This document shows positions 1 to 12,120 of a stretch of 64,000 bases of DNA, in pieces. A program made the translations under genes and the position numbers. The stretch is from Octopus sinensis. Lineage: Eukaryota. The notes beneath the pieces are model-generated. The model was given only the letters and a program-made list of their open reading frames with translations, had not been told where the DNA came from and did not search any database. The stretch spans positions 2,852,001-2,916,000 of the forward strand of contig NC_043016.1 in the NCBI RefSeq assembly GCF_006345805.1. Reading direction: 5' to 3'. Every line of letters starts with the position of its first letter. Positions within the stretch are counted from its first letter, which is position 1.

Positions 1-364
1 TATATATATATATATATATACATACATAGATGCACCATTCATACACACAAACAGACAAGCAAACAGAGCGAGGAGCAATGGAATCAAGCCAGTAACGAAC
101 GCGTGAATGGATGATGATACCACTGCTCCTAACGTTTAAACAATACACGTACATTGAGTACTTTAATCAGATAATGTTTAAATTAAAAAGTGTTTCGATA
201 GCAAAATCTATTTTGCTCATGCAGCTCCATGGCAAATCAGAAAATTCATTTTAGTCAACCTGAATATGCTACCGGATAGAGATTTCGATTTTAATTTGCA
301 AGTGACTCGAGTTTACGGTTTTGATAACCTGCAAATAAAGTGAAATACTTATTAACCACTCCCG

Positions 365-1250
365 TGCGAAAAGGTATCAAAGGGTTCACGGACTGGTTAG
401 GTTTGATAAAAAATAACTTAGTCTGCTAAGTTTTAACAAAAGTTCCTTCGTATTAGTCACATCGCGCTGCAGTGCACCGTTCCCAGCGTTCCTGCCTATT
501 TAGGAATCCGGCCTGAGAGTTGTTTTCCGTAAGCCAGTCGATGACCTTCAGTGATTCGCTCTGGATCTCGATAACGGGGTTAAAACGGCGACCTTTGAGC
601 CGCATTTTTATCTTGGGGAATAGATGGATGTCTCTAGCGAATAGGGTGGATGCGGAAAAGATACCATTCTGTTTTGGCGAGAAACTCGCGGGTTAGGCGA
701 GCTCAGTTACAGGGGGCATTGTCGTCGTGAAGATCCTAATTCCTTGTGCTCCACAGATCCGGTTGCTTTCACCGAATGTCCTCCCTCAAACGCTTCAAAA
801 TGTCACAGCAGAGCTTCCGATTAACGGTCTGACCACGGGGGCCGAATTCTCGATGCACAAAACCACATTTTTGGTGGGTGACGATCAAGGCAGGTGTTCC
901 AGCGAGATTCTTCCGCTTTTGAAGTTCCTGTGCTACTAGAAATGTTGCGTGCGATCCATTGCCTCGTCGCCGTAAGCTTGCTGAAGCATATGTAATGTAC
1001 CTGTAGCAGACTTATTAAGTGTAACGCAAAATTTCTCGTTGGCTCCTTGTTCTTGTCCATAACAAAATCGCAGACTACAGCATACACGTAATCACAAAAT
1101 CACAATTTTCACAACTTGCGAAGACAGCGATGTCACTTGGCACAATGCGTCATGAAGATCATTGCTAGTCCTAACGACACACGCAGCTGTGTGCTGCTAT
1201 CTGTTGGTGTACTACTGAACAAGACCGGAAATGTTTTCATACCTTCTGAA
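365..1250 (-). mobile_element. Decayed, internally deleted mariner (Tc1/mariner) transposon; same family as 4537-5751
   Basis: The reverse complement of ~960-1130 aligns by eye with 4670-4840 (gtgattacgtgtatgctgtag..ctgcgatttt..accaacgagaaatt). Degenerate TIR-like ends at ~365-395 (tgcgaaaaggtatcaaagggttcacgga) and ~1224-1250. The minus strand retains HPPYSLDIH-like coding at ~625-655. Confidence 0.8.
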
Positions 1251-1424
1251 GCCATTTTGCTTGTCATAGCTCTGGAGTAAATCTCTTTTTGTAACACTGT
1301 ATGCATTAAAGATACTTCTTCCTTACTGATAAATCGCAGCTTCCGGCGTTTAAATAACATAGGTATGTGAGTATGGGGTAGCGTTAATGTGTACATTCCA
1401 AAGCTGTTTCAACTGCATAAGCTG

Positions 1425-1425
1425 A

Positions 1426-1493
<68 letters not shown>

Positions 1494-1536
1494 TGTGTAT
1501 ACACACAATTATAAGATTATATATCGATATATATGT

Positions 1537-1582
<46 letters not shown>

Positions 1583-1716
1583 ATATATATTATATATTAT
1601 ATATATATACATAATATATATTATATATATATGTACGTATACATATATGTATAGATGTGTACGTATATATGTGTGTGTGTGCGTACAGATATACACACAC
1701 AAATATATGATTATAT

Positions 1717-1793
<77 letters not shown>

Positions 1794-1850
1794 CATGTAT
1801 GTGTATATGTATGCGTGTGTGTGTGTGTGTGTGGTGTGTGTGTGTGTGTA
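1425..1850. repeat. Compound (TA)n/(TG)n microsatellite
   Basis: Seen directly; it generates the YIYI/CVCV pseudo-ORFs. Confidence 0.95.
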
Positions 1851-3208
1851 AGAGAAAAGGGTTTTCAAAATGATGGTGTAGAGCGAATCATAATTATGTA
1901 AGGAGTTCCAACTTCATATTTCAAGCAGCAGTTAACAGGAAGTTTAAATACAATTGATTGTTAAAATAAATGAGATTATACAATATAGTTCGTACATTAA
2001 CGATACATAGTTTTTTTTAATTTTTTTATTTTGATGTATTCTAAAAGAAATACTTTTTTCTTTAATATCTAAAGTGATGTTTCTGTTTTGGTGTGAGTTT
2101 TGCATAGCATTTAACATTTCATTTACTCAGATACTTTTTTTTCTCAGCTTTCTACCCACTCGGCCGAGAATTGCATTATATTGACGTGTTGCTAGTGGAG
2201 GTGTGGTGGTGGTTTGAGGTACTATTATTTTCCTTAACGCTGTTGCTTTTTTGGTCCGCTTGGGTTTGGTTCCATGGAAGTTAACACGTACACCTTTTGA
2301 GATGATGTTCGTGACTGTGACTTCGACGACGTTGAGCAACCTAATAGTTATGATCTTTTCAGAATACGTATAAATTTTAGATCAGTCTTCAGGCCTATAA
2401 ATTCGTCCAATAAAGGATTAGAGACGTCGGCATGGTAGTTCCCTGTTAGAATGATCCAAGATAACTTCCATCTATCCAGATTTGGGGTTAAAACATATTC
2501 GGTGGCTAAGTGCTCTAATCAAGCTAAATCAATTTAATTGATACGGCTATGTTGATCATTGATCCTAACTACATGTTTGCCAGCCACTCAAATTGTCTAA
2601 GGTAAATAAACCTACAGTGGGACAGCAAATCAAAGTATATAAACTACTAATTTAAGAGAATAAATTGAAAAATCGTTGTAAAGTTCAGAAATGGTCCACC
2701 TATCAGCCAAAACCACCTTGAAAAATTAAATCCTCACATCCTTTGACGAAAAAAAAAACGGGGTCTTTTATATGATTGTAGCTTTAATTAAGGAAGCTGT
2801 TTAGTGGACGCAGCTGAATGGTCTGAATAGAGAGCCTTTCCTTCCAATGCAAATCCTCGTTAAATTCTTCAGGTTCGCATAGAGAGAGAGGTAAGGTAAA
2901 GAGCAAATGTTATGAAAGAAGGGCAGGAATATTGTAATTGGTGAGGACAACATGAATTTGCGGATTGGCATATCTGCTCTGCATAATCCTACTTGGTCTC
3001 CGCCAACCGTTTCGGAGATTATTTTTGTGATTTGTTACTCTATTCTGTTATGGATTTTTATTATTATATGTTATCTTCTATATCTTTGTTGTTTTGATCA
3101 TGTAAATCACCTATTGATTTTTATTTATGTATACTTTTGTATTTACCTTTGGACTATCGTGAATTTGACAGGCCCTTCGGACATTAAAATACATTATTAT
3201 TATTGTTA

Positions 3209-3820
3209 GGTTACGCTACCTGCAACGATTTTTAGACGGTGAGAGTGTGTGGGCTCCGTTTGTTGCACCGCCACCTTTCTTCAATCGGGCAGGCAAGGCA
3301 GTTTTCCTTTGCCTTGTGGTTGGACAAGGCTGTAAGGTACGAGGACAGATATATTCCTCTTTGGTAGAACTCTCATTGACTTCAAGTTTCACTTGGAAAG
3401 GAAATTGAGACTGGAGAGGGAATTGCTGTCCTCGGCTGAGTTTATTGAAAAGTAGGTGAAAGTGGCGAAAATGGTAAGAGTGTATGGTATCTCTCTAAGT
3501 GTAGACCTGTAAATCGGAGGGAATGAATTGTAGAGGGAACTTGCTCCTGGTGTTCAGGAACAGTAGAGTTCTTCGATTATCTCTGGAGGTCATCCATTAT
3601 CAGGAGGGCAACATCTCTATCATCCTCCCCACTTTTTTTTTAAACCTTTGTACACTATGTATATTTCCCTTCCTTTTCATTGAATACGGTATATATTTAC
3701 ATCTTCTTTTTTGTTAACTTATTTAATAATTTTATAATTTCTTTATATGTAAACCCCAACACTTTATGCCTGTTTTTGTACTGTCTCCCTCATCCTTCGC
3801 CCTTAAGGCAAATAAATGAA
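3209..3820 (+). mobile_element. 5'-truncated L1/Tx1-like LINE (end of ORF2 plus 3' UTR), related to 9621-15554
   Basis: ggcaaggcagttttc, ttcaagtttcacttggaaaggaaattgagactggagaggga and gtgaaagtggcgaaaatggt match 15010-15215. Ends in a gcc-cttaa-ggc hairpin plus aataaa, followed by (ATC)n(ATT)n. Confidence 0.75.
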
Positions 3821-3839
3821 ATCATCATCATCATCATCA

Positions 3840-3889
<50 letters not shown>

Positions 3890-4536
3890 AACATCTTCTT
3901 GACTCAGGATTCATCTTATTCGTGGTATAATTTATGTGGTATCATGTTACTACTTGTAGCCTTAGATATCCAATTGATTTCCATAAGCCCTCAAATACTC
4001 AATGCCCTTCTATTGATCTACCTTGTTCCTAAAAGGATAAGATTTTTGTAAAAGCGCTATAGAAAACTCCATTCTATTATCACTTATCTATTTCATTTGT
4101 CTGTTTCGTCACTCACAGTACCCAAAATACCAATTATCGCAGAAACAATGTTTACAGATTTCATCTTCCAAATCCTCGAAATTTCAAATTTTAAGGGACG
4201 TTTTCGATTCAAAATATTCGTGCTACTCGCTTCATGTACGATATACCTCCTGCTTCAAATTCGCATTTTTGGAAGAGACCCCAGTGTAGAACCTTTACAA
4301 CTTAATTATGTCTCAATTTCTTATACTCTCCTTGAATCAAACTGGAACATTTTGCAACAATGTCAGCCATTGTTTTACCCCAATTCCACTACATTATATT
4401 TTTCCGAAACATCACCATACACATATTTTCTCAAGCTAGTTATTTGCAGCGCTCTATGTTGTACTGCTATAATAGTGCTCGCTGTTTATATTTTCAATGG
4501 TCCTTTCTTTAACCAAGCGCAGGCTTTCCCACCGCG

Positions 4537-5751
4537 TACGAGGTGATATCAAAAGCTTCCGGGATAGTTCTGCATTATACTAACAGAAGGCAGTACACGT
4601 TTGTGTACGCAGTGAGAGCTTGCAGTGAACTTCATGAGGCGGTGGGCCATGAGGCGGTGGGCCGAGTGACATTGCTGTGTTTACTTTGCAAGTTGTGAAA
4701 TTTACGTTTTTGTGATTACGTGTATGCTGTAGCCTGCGATTTTGCTTTGGACAGGAACAAAGAACCAACGAGAAATTTCGCGTTAAACTTGGAAAGTCTG
4801 CTACAGAGACATTGAGCATGCTTTGGCAAGCTTACGACAGTTTTGAAACTTCTGTGCCACGAACGCATTCCACGTGCTTCGACCACGGAAATGCGGAGGA
4901 GCATGAGGATTGTCGGAGGACAATCAACGATATTACATTTCTGATATTGTTGGTCTGTCGTAAGGGTTCATGCAGGCAATGCTAACGTCTGAATTGAACA
5001 TGTGGCGTGTCGCTGCTGAGTTTGTCCCCTGCCTTCTGACCACTGAGCAGAAGGAACATCGCGTCGATATCTGTCAAGATACCCAACAACATGCCGCTGA
5101 TGACCAACCCCTTCATGTCGGAAATCATCACCGGTGACAAGAGTCGTCACAATAGAGTAACCCTTCATCTTACGATCGAAGAAGGCACGACAGAGATGCA
5201 ACTCAATTAATAGCATGTTCAACGTTATTTTCGACATCCGCAGTATTGTGCATCGAGAATTATTCGGCCCCCATGGCAGACCGTCAATCGAAAGTTCTAA
5301 TACAACCTTTTGAAACGTTTGAGGGTAGACATTCGGCGAAAGCGACCGTATCTGTGGAGAGCGAAGAATTGGATTCGTCAAGACGACAATGCACCCTGCT
5401 GCAGAGCTCTCCTTACTCGTGAGATTCTCGACAAAAAATGCATGGTATCGCCTCCACCCTATGTGCTAGATTTAGCACATGTGGTCTTCCATGTCTTCCC
5501 AAAGATAAAAATACAGCACAAAGGTCACCGTTTTAACCCCGTTATCGAGAGCCAAAGCGAATGGCAGAAGGTCCTTGACTTGCTTACGGAAAACGACATA
5601 CATGCCGAATTCCAAAATTGGCAACACCGCTAGGACCGGGGTATTGCTGTGCAAGGTGACTATTTCGAAGAAGATTGTATCAAAACTTAGGCGACTAAGT
5701 TATTTGATATTAAGCATAACTGGTCCAGGAACGTTTTGATACCATATCGTA
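4537..5751 (+). mobile_element. Full-length-sized decayed mariner transposon (1215 bp including flanking TA)
   Basis: Imperfect TIRs tacgaggtgatatcaaaagcttccggga / tccaggaacgttttgataccatatcgta. ORF 5310-5633 has DDNAP and PPPYVLDLA..FHVFPKIK..KGHRF, degenerate forms of the mariner HDNAP and YSPDLAP motifs. Confidence 0.9.
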
Positions 5752-7345
5752 CATTCTTGGTGCTTTTCCAAAACTGAACATGTAAAGGTTCCTCTTTGAT
5801 ATGTTCAGCATTTCTCTTTGAATTTCGTTCTTGCCTTTTCACCTTTTCCAGTCATAACCACCTTTGCTTTACTCGATCCTTTTAGTAATTTTTCTATGTT
5901 GTTCTGCAAATAACCATGTAAGCTAATTTTTTTTTATCTGCGCACGCACTTCCACGCGAATTAAGCTTCTATTACCATGACTTCCCTTTATTTACAACTG
6001 AACTCCTATGACAATGAATTATGTGAAGATAAAAAAATAGTAATACAGATAGCGGGAATAGTAACAAAAACCACATGGCTACTGTTAATGTAATTATAAA
6101 CAACTGCAGCACACACACATATATTTTTACTAGAGGACATTTTCTTGCTCGCCCCGTTTCAAAATGAAAAGGAAGAAAATTCAAATGCAAACTGTGCGAG
6201 CACAGTTGTTTCAGCTGAGACAGCCGGTTCGATAACCGGTCAATTATGAACAGAGGTGTTATACTAAAGCTGTTACCACAAGATATAAGGGAATACGTGA
6301 GATTCAACTGTGAGAAATATAACTGCATGGATTTTTCTAAGCCGGCCAAGAATGGGATCAAAGGTGGTCATGCAAAGATAGGTGCATAGTAACATAAGGA
6401 TGCATTAGCATAAACACTTACAGAGAAGTTAAGACTTCCACAGGTAGAATGATGCCTGAAATGTAAGGGGTTAAAAGACGTACATCGCTTGTGTTAACAA
6501 GTTAGCACTGTAAGTGCCAGATCGCTAAAGAAACTGAAGCGAGGAGTAATTCCATCACTTCACTTAGAAGCGAAGATCTCACCATCATACTAAAGGACAG
6601 ACGTGTGGCAAACTAAAATGGTAGACAGGCCATTACATGTATAGAAAATGGCGTATAATAGCAACTGTTTTGTCTGATGCAGTCGAGACAAGCTATCTGG
6701 AAACGCGATGCAGAAGCAAAACTAGGTCCAAACTAGTCTGGCAGGAATCAAAACTGTCCATTGTTTAAACGATTTTCCAAATGGAACTATGTCATTCATT
6801 AAGATTTTAAGGTCAAAGAAGCAAAGTGCATGTGTCATATATATGGATCCCTAAACAATTTGAAGGTTTCTGCTGCGAGCAATAAGCTACCGATGTCTCG
6901 AGCGCATTAGTATCAACCACGCTAATAAGACCGACAATAACAAATCATTAACCACAGCCGCAACACCAACACCACACCACTAGCATCAGCAGAGCAGTTG
7001 CCACCAACAACAGCAGTACTACAGTAAGGGGAAACATAAGAACAAAAACAGAAGCCAAAACAACGAATCAAATAAAGCTATTTTTCCACCATCACCACAG
7101 AGAAAAGAAACCGTGGCGGCTCATTTCAGTGACATTTACTGTAAATGTACTTCGATCACATTGAAAAGTATTGTCTCCTTAATCATGTCAATTCACGGGG
7201 AGGAGAGACAGGAGAGAGATATGGAGAGAGGAGAGAGAGACAGAGAGAGAATTGCCTTCTAGTTAGATAGAATCGAACCGGTATTAAGGAAGAATAGGAA
7301 AATATTAGACTTATAAGCCCTAAAATGCACTACATAATTGCCTAC

Positions 7346-7577
7346 GGGCGTTTGGTGTAGTGGTTAAGAGCGCAGGCTACTAACCCCAATATTCCGAGTT
7401 CGATTCCAGGCAGTGAGCTGATCAATAATAATAACAACATGTTGTTCTCTTAGGAATGAGAACCCAAGTTTGAAATTCCCCCAGGACACCTGATGACGGC
7501 TGGAGAGTACATCAGTCTAAAAGTTGTGTTAACAACAAACAAGATGAGAACAAATATCCGTCAAATGTAAATGATGT
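7346..7577 (+). mobile_element. tRNA-derived SINE (family C) with a hammerhead-like 3' tail
   Basis: A box tggtgtagtgg at 7353-7363 and B box gagttcgattcc at 7396-7407, then an (AAT)n linker and acac-ctgatga-c-ggctg...cagtc-taaaagtt-gtgt at 7486-7529. Confidence 0.7.
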
Positions 7578-7748
7578 GACTAATGTTGTTTTTTTTTCTT
7601 CAATATAGCATCCTTAATAGTCGTATTCAACTATAAATTCTTCAATATTCGTATATAACTATTTCAACTTCATTGGATATCTTCAGTAAGATGCTATTGA
7701 TGACTTCTTAATAATTGCATCTTAATTAACCTATATAATTTCGTTTAA

Positions 7749-7979
7749 GGCGGCGAGCTGGCAGAAACGTTAGCACGCCGGGCGAAATGCGTAGCCGTAT
7801 TTCGTCTGCCGTTACGTTCTGGGTTCAAATTCCGCCGAGGTCGACTTTGCCTTTCATCCTTTCGGGGTTGATAAATTAAGTACCAGTTACGCACTGGGGT
7901 TGATGTAATCGACTTAATCCGTTTGTCTGTCCTTGTTTGTCCCGTCTGTGTTTAGCCCATTGTGGGTAGTAAAGAAATA
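7749..7979 (+). mobile_element. tRNA-derived SINE family A, full length
   Basis: ggcggcgagctggcagaaacgttagcacg head, ggttcaaattcc B-box-like motif, tail ending gtaaagaaata. Near-identical copies at 29050, 50386 and 62059. Confidence 0.9.
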
Positions 7980-9443
7980 TATATAATTTTGTTACGAAAA
8001 TGGGAGACGAGAACAAGTCAGGCAAAAGTCGGAAAGAAACAACTGAAAAACTTGCATACAAATCATATTTTGGGGTAGTATACAATAAAAAGGTTGGCAT
8101 ACCACCAACGTTACCCCAAGTTTCTTATCCGCAAACAATCTTATCAAATTGTTTGTGTACCTTGAACTGGCTTTGACAGTCGCCGAATATTGGTATTGCA
8201 AAGCTTATTTGCAGTTCCTTTCCTCTCATATTGCGCATCTGAAGATGAAGTTGCTTCTCTGCATCCATGAAACCGTAATAGAATGCTGAATCTTACTTGT
8301 GCATATGTGTGTGTAACTCTGTCTCTGTGTGTGTGTGTGTGTGTGAATTCCTTCCTGAAAATATTATTAATATTATCTTACTTTTTCTTATCCTATTCTC
8401 TCTTTCTCTCTCTCACGCGCACACGCGCATGCGCACATACATTTTCATTCTTTATATATCAATCTTACATTTCGTCTCGTACATTCCCCCCACCCCCTCA
8501 ATTTCATTCTTCTTCTCATGCTTCACATAGACATGTGTGTGTGTGTGTGTGTTTTTTTTTTTTTGTATCTTTGTTCACATTTATTTATAAAATGTGGCCA
8601 ACGGAAATTTAACGAGTTACATCACATCAAGTCTTCTTAAATTAATATAAGAATAGTCTTATTAGAAGAAGTGACATGAAATGGAGACCAGAAATAAATG
8701 AATAAATATATAATTAATTAATTAAATAAATAAAGGAATAATTGAATGAATGAATAAATATATAAATAATAAACAGATAAATGAAACAAGTACACAAGAA
8801 TCATTGACTTCAATTGTCAGTAAAAAGAAATAAGCCTGCCAATAGAACATAGCATTAATCGATGAACACAAACCGCCAAAAGTGACGTATGTCTTTGGAA
8901 CAAAACTAGCCAAGATTGATCAGCAGGCAACGCGCCAGAAGAGCAGAGAGGGAGGAGGAGACGAGTGGGTAAAGAGGTGAAGGGTGAGTGGAGAGAAAGG
9001 GAAAAAGATAAAGCAACGATATGTAAAGGGAGGGGGAAAAAGGGAAGGGGAAGGTAAGGGAGTGTGTGTATAAAAGGGAGAAGACGCATGAGGTGAACGT
9101 GTCAGAAATGAAGCAAGACTGGATCGAAAGGTGTGGGGGTGGGGGGAGTAAGAAACGAAGGAGAAATTGAGAGAATAAAGAGACAAAGACGAATAAGTCA
9201 GAGAAAGAGAGAGAGAGAGAGAGAGTGAGAGAGAGAGAGAGGGGTAGAGAAACAGAGAAAGGCAAATACAGGAAAGTGAGAGGACGATACACACACACAC
9301 ACACACATATATGTATATGTACATACACACACGCACACACATATATGTATATGTACATACACACATACACATATATGTGTGTTGTGTGTGTGTATGTACA
9401 TACAAAATTATTCTGACGACCTTCCCACTTCGCTCGGCGAATT

Positions 9444-9465
9444 TATCTATCTATCTATCTATCTA

Positions 9466-9509
<44 letters not shown>

Positions 9510-9620
9510 GTCTGTCTGTCTGTCTATCTATCTGTCTGTCTATCTTTCTATCTATCCATCCATCCATCCATCCATCCATCCATCCATCCATCCATCTATC
9601 TATCTATCTATCTATCTATC
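9444..9620. repeat. (TATC)n/(TA)n/(TGTC)n/(TCCA)n compound microsatellite; 5' flank of the LINE
   Basis: Seen directly. Confidence 0.95.
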
Positions 9621-9736
9621 GACGGACATGTTGTCACCTCGACTCCGAAGGTAATCGTTTATTTTGACTATTCATAGCCCATATTTTGTGTACATTTTTG
9701 TAAATAAGGTGTGTAAGGCACCCAACTTTCGTTTGA

Positions 9737-12054
9737 ATGCTTTTTCAAGGCAGGAATTCGCCCCTAGGGTCAGTTTCAACCCTATTTAATTTGCGTATTT
9801 TTCTTCTCGACATTTTTTTAATGTCGAGAAATGTTATTGTAGAACGCTGGTCGCGTTCCTTTATGGACCAGCATTTTCCTAGTCTGGAAACGCTAGGAGA
9901 AAAAAAGAACTTATGCACGACAAAGACAAATCTGAATGACGTGGTAGTGAACGCTGCAACCACTTGCGGTAACAGCCCTGTCACCACCACCACCACTAAC
10001 AACAACAACAACGAGACTACTACTGCTACCACCACAGCCTCCACCACCACCACCACCACCACCACCACCGCCACCTCATCCACTACCTCAACTACCAACA
10101 ACAATAACAATGACAACAAGAATAACAACAATTGCGCCACCATTTCGAAATCTGCTGCCAAGGCTGTCTCTTCTGCCACTGACGCCACCGCCAACACCAA
10201 CAACAAAAACAATAATGACAACAATAACAATTCCGTTCAGACCTTGTTTCCTCCAATACCAAGAACTGAAGGAGATAAACAAAAGACTGTGACAACCAAA
10301 CAAATTGACGAAAGCTGCTCAAACCCAGGAACAAATTATGCAAGTAATTTTCCACCCCTTCCTACTTGCACAATCAAACATCAGACACCAAATACACCAA
10401 TTTTACCAACTGCAGCCAACAACAACATCACTACCAGCAACAACAATAACAAAACAACAACAAATTTCGCCGAGGCGATAAAAAAAAAAAAGACAACAGT
10501 ATATTTTACTGCACAACAGATAAAAGATACCAAAGTTTTAATAACGACAGTAGATGACATGGTAAAAATAAACATACCACAAGAAATATTAGAAAATGAA
10601 AAAAAAGAACTATTATATATAAAATAATTAATAAGAAAACAAAAAGTCCAGAGAAGGCTAACACAAGCAAAATCGAAAAATGCTTGAAACCCATCTGGAA
10701 CTTCAAAGAGTATGTGACCTAGTGGAACACGTTCGCGCATGTACAAGTGGTTTTCCACACTGAAGTGTTAGCAAAACGTTTCTCAACGCTAACTCTTCAT
10801 TCAGGTGAACTCACATTAATACCAAGCTATCGTGGACAGAAAGTGACTAAGATCACTTTAAACAATGTTCCAAAAATAGCGAACAATCTATGGCTAGCAA
10901 CGGCCATAGGTGTGAAAATGGAAGATTTCACAATTTTACAAACTACGGTCACGGAACACAAAAACTGGGTGGGAAAAAGAGTAGAATTTCTACTACACAT
11001 CAACAAGGATGATATCAAGAAAATACCCACCCAGATATGTGTATCAGAAGACCACAAGTTGTATGTGGTCGTCGATGGCAGAAGACCACGTTGCTACATA
11101 TGCGGCAGTGAGCAACATCTAAAAAAAGATTGCAAATCTGCCGCAAGAAAACAACAGCAACAACAACAGCAGCCGGAAAAACAAAAAAGCCAGCTTTACT
11201 ACCCACACCACGTTTTGCACGAACAGGACTAATCACAGAAAATCAACAAAAAGCAAACCTCACAAACCAAACAACCACACCAACTGCACCAAGAACAGAA
11301 ACAACACCAACAACAACAACCAAGATTAAACCAACTCCCAAACCAAGAACATCTACCAAAAAGACAAGCATCGAAAATGAAGAAACAATTACCACTCCAA
11401 ATCCCCACAAAACTGACACCCCAAACAACACAACAATACCCACAATCACTCAAACACAAAATACCCACACCCACCTCCAAAACCCCATACACCACAACCT
11501 AACGCTCACCAACCAACACCAACAACAAAATCAAAACATTCTAAAATAGACCCCAATACTTTTCCCTCCCACTCTCTGATCCCTCAGATTTGTCATTAGA
11601 CGAAGAAGATACAGAAGATTGGCAAATAGCCACAGGGGGGAGAGGAAAAAGGGGGAAAAAAAGAAAAGAAAAGATAACAAACAAAGCAGGAAGATTCACG
11701 ACTCCCGAAACAAAAACATCCACAGAAAACGAACACATCAACACAAACACACCATCATCAAATCCCCCAACAATGTTGACAGCCATAAACACAAACAACC
11801 ACGACCTAATGGAATACATTAGGTCAAACACCAACATAACTGAAAACGACATAAAAACAAATAACCACCCACGCACAACACCACCACAACACATTAAAAT
11901 AATACACGCAACACAGAACACATACAGCACCCTGAAATCTCTTTACCCTGATGCAGTAGGGAGATTTCAAAAATATTCATCAAAGAAACTATATAAAAAC
12001 CTCATGGAAGAAGACTGTGAGGTGAAAAACAAAGGACTTCCGGACAACAAGTAA
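9737..12054 (+). pseudogene. ORF1 (gag-like, single CCHC zinc knuckle), disrupted by stops and frameshifts
   Basis: Fragments 9737-10627, 10747-11232, 11130-11549 and 11590-12054. VVDGRRPRCYICGSEQHLKKDC contains C-x2-C-x4-H-x4-C at 11092-11133. Long T/N-rich low-complexity segments. Confidence 0.8.
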
Positions 12055-12120
12055 CCTTTTCTCTCTCTCTTTCCTTTTTTGCACTTTCTTTTCGTGTGTA
12101 AAACACAATTTTATCGGAAC

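Noticed and set aside
2127-2339. Minus-strand terminal exon candidate after tag|gttgctc
   Set aside because: Three plausible frames, none recognisable, and no linked upstream exon.
7346-7415. Genuine tRNA gene
   Set aside because: It has A and B boxes but no convincing acceptor stem or poly-T terminator, and it continues into a repeat tail, so it is better explained as a SINE head.
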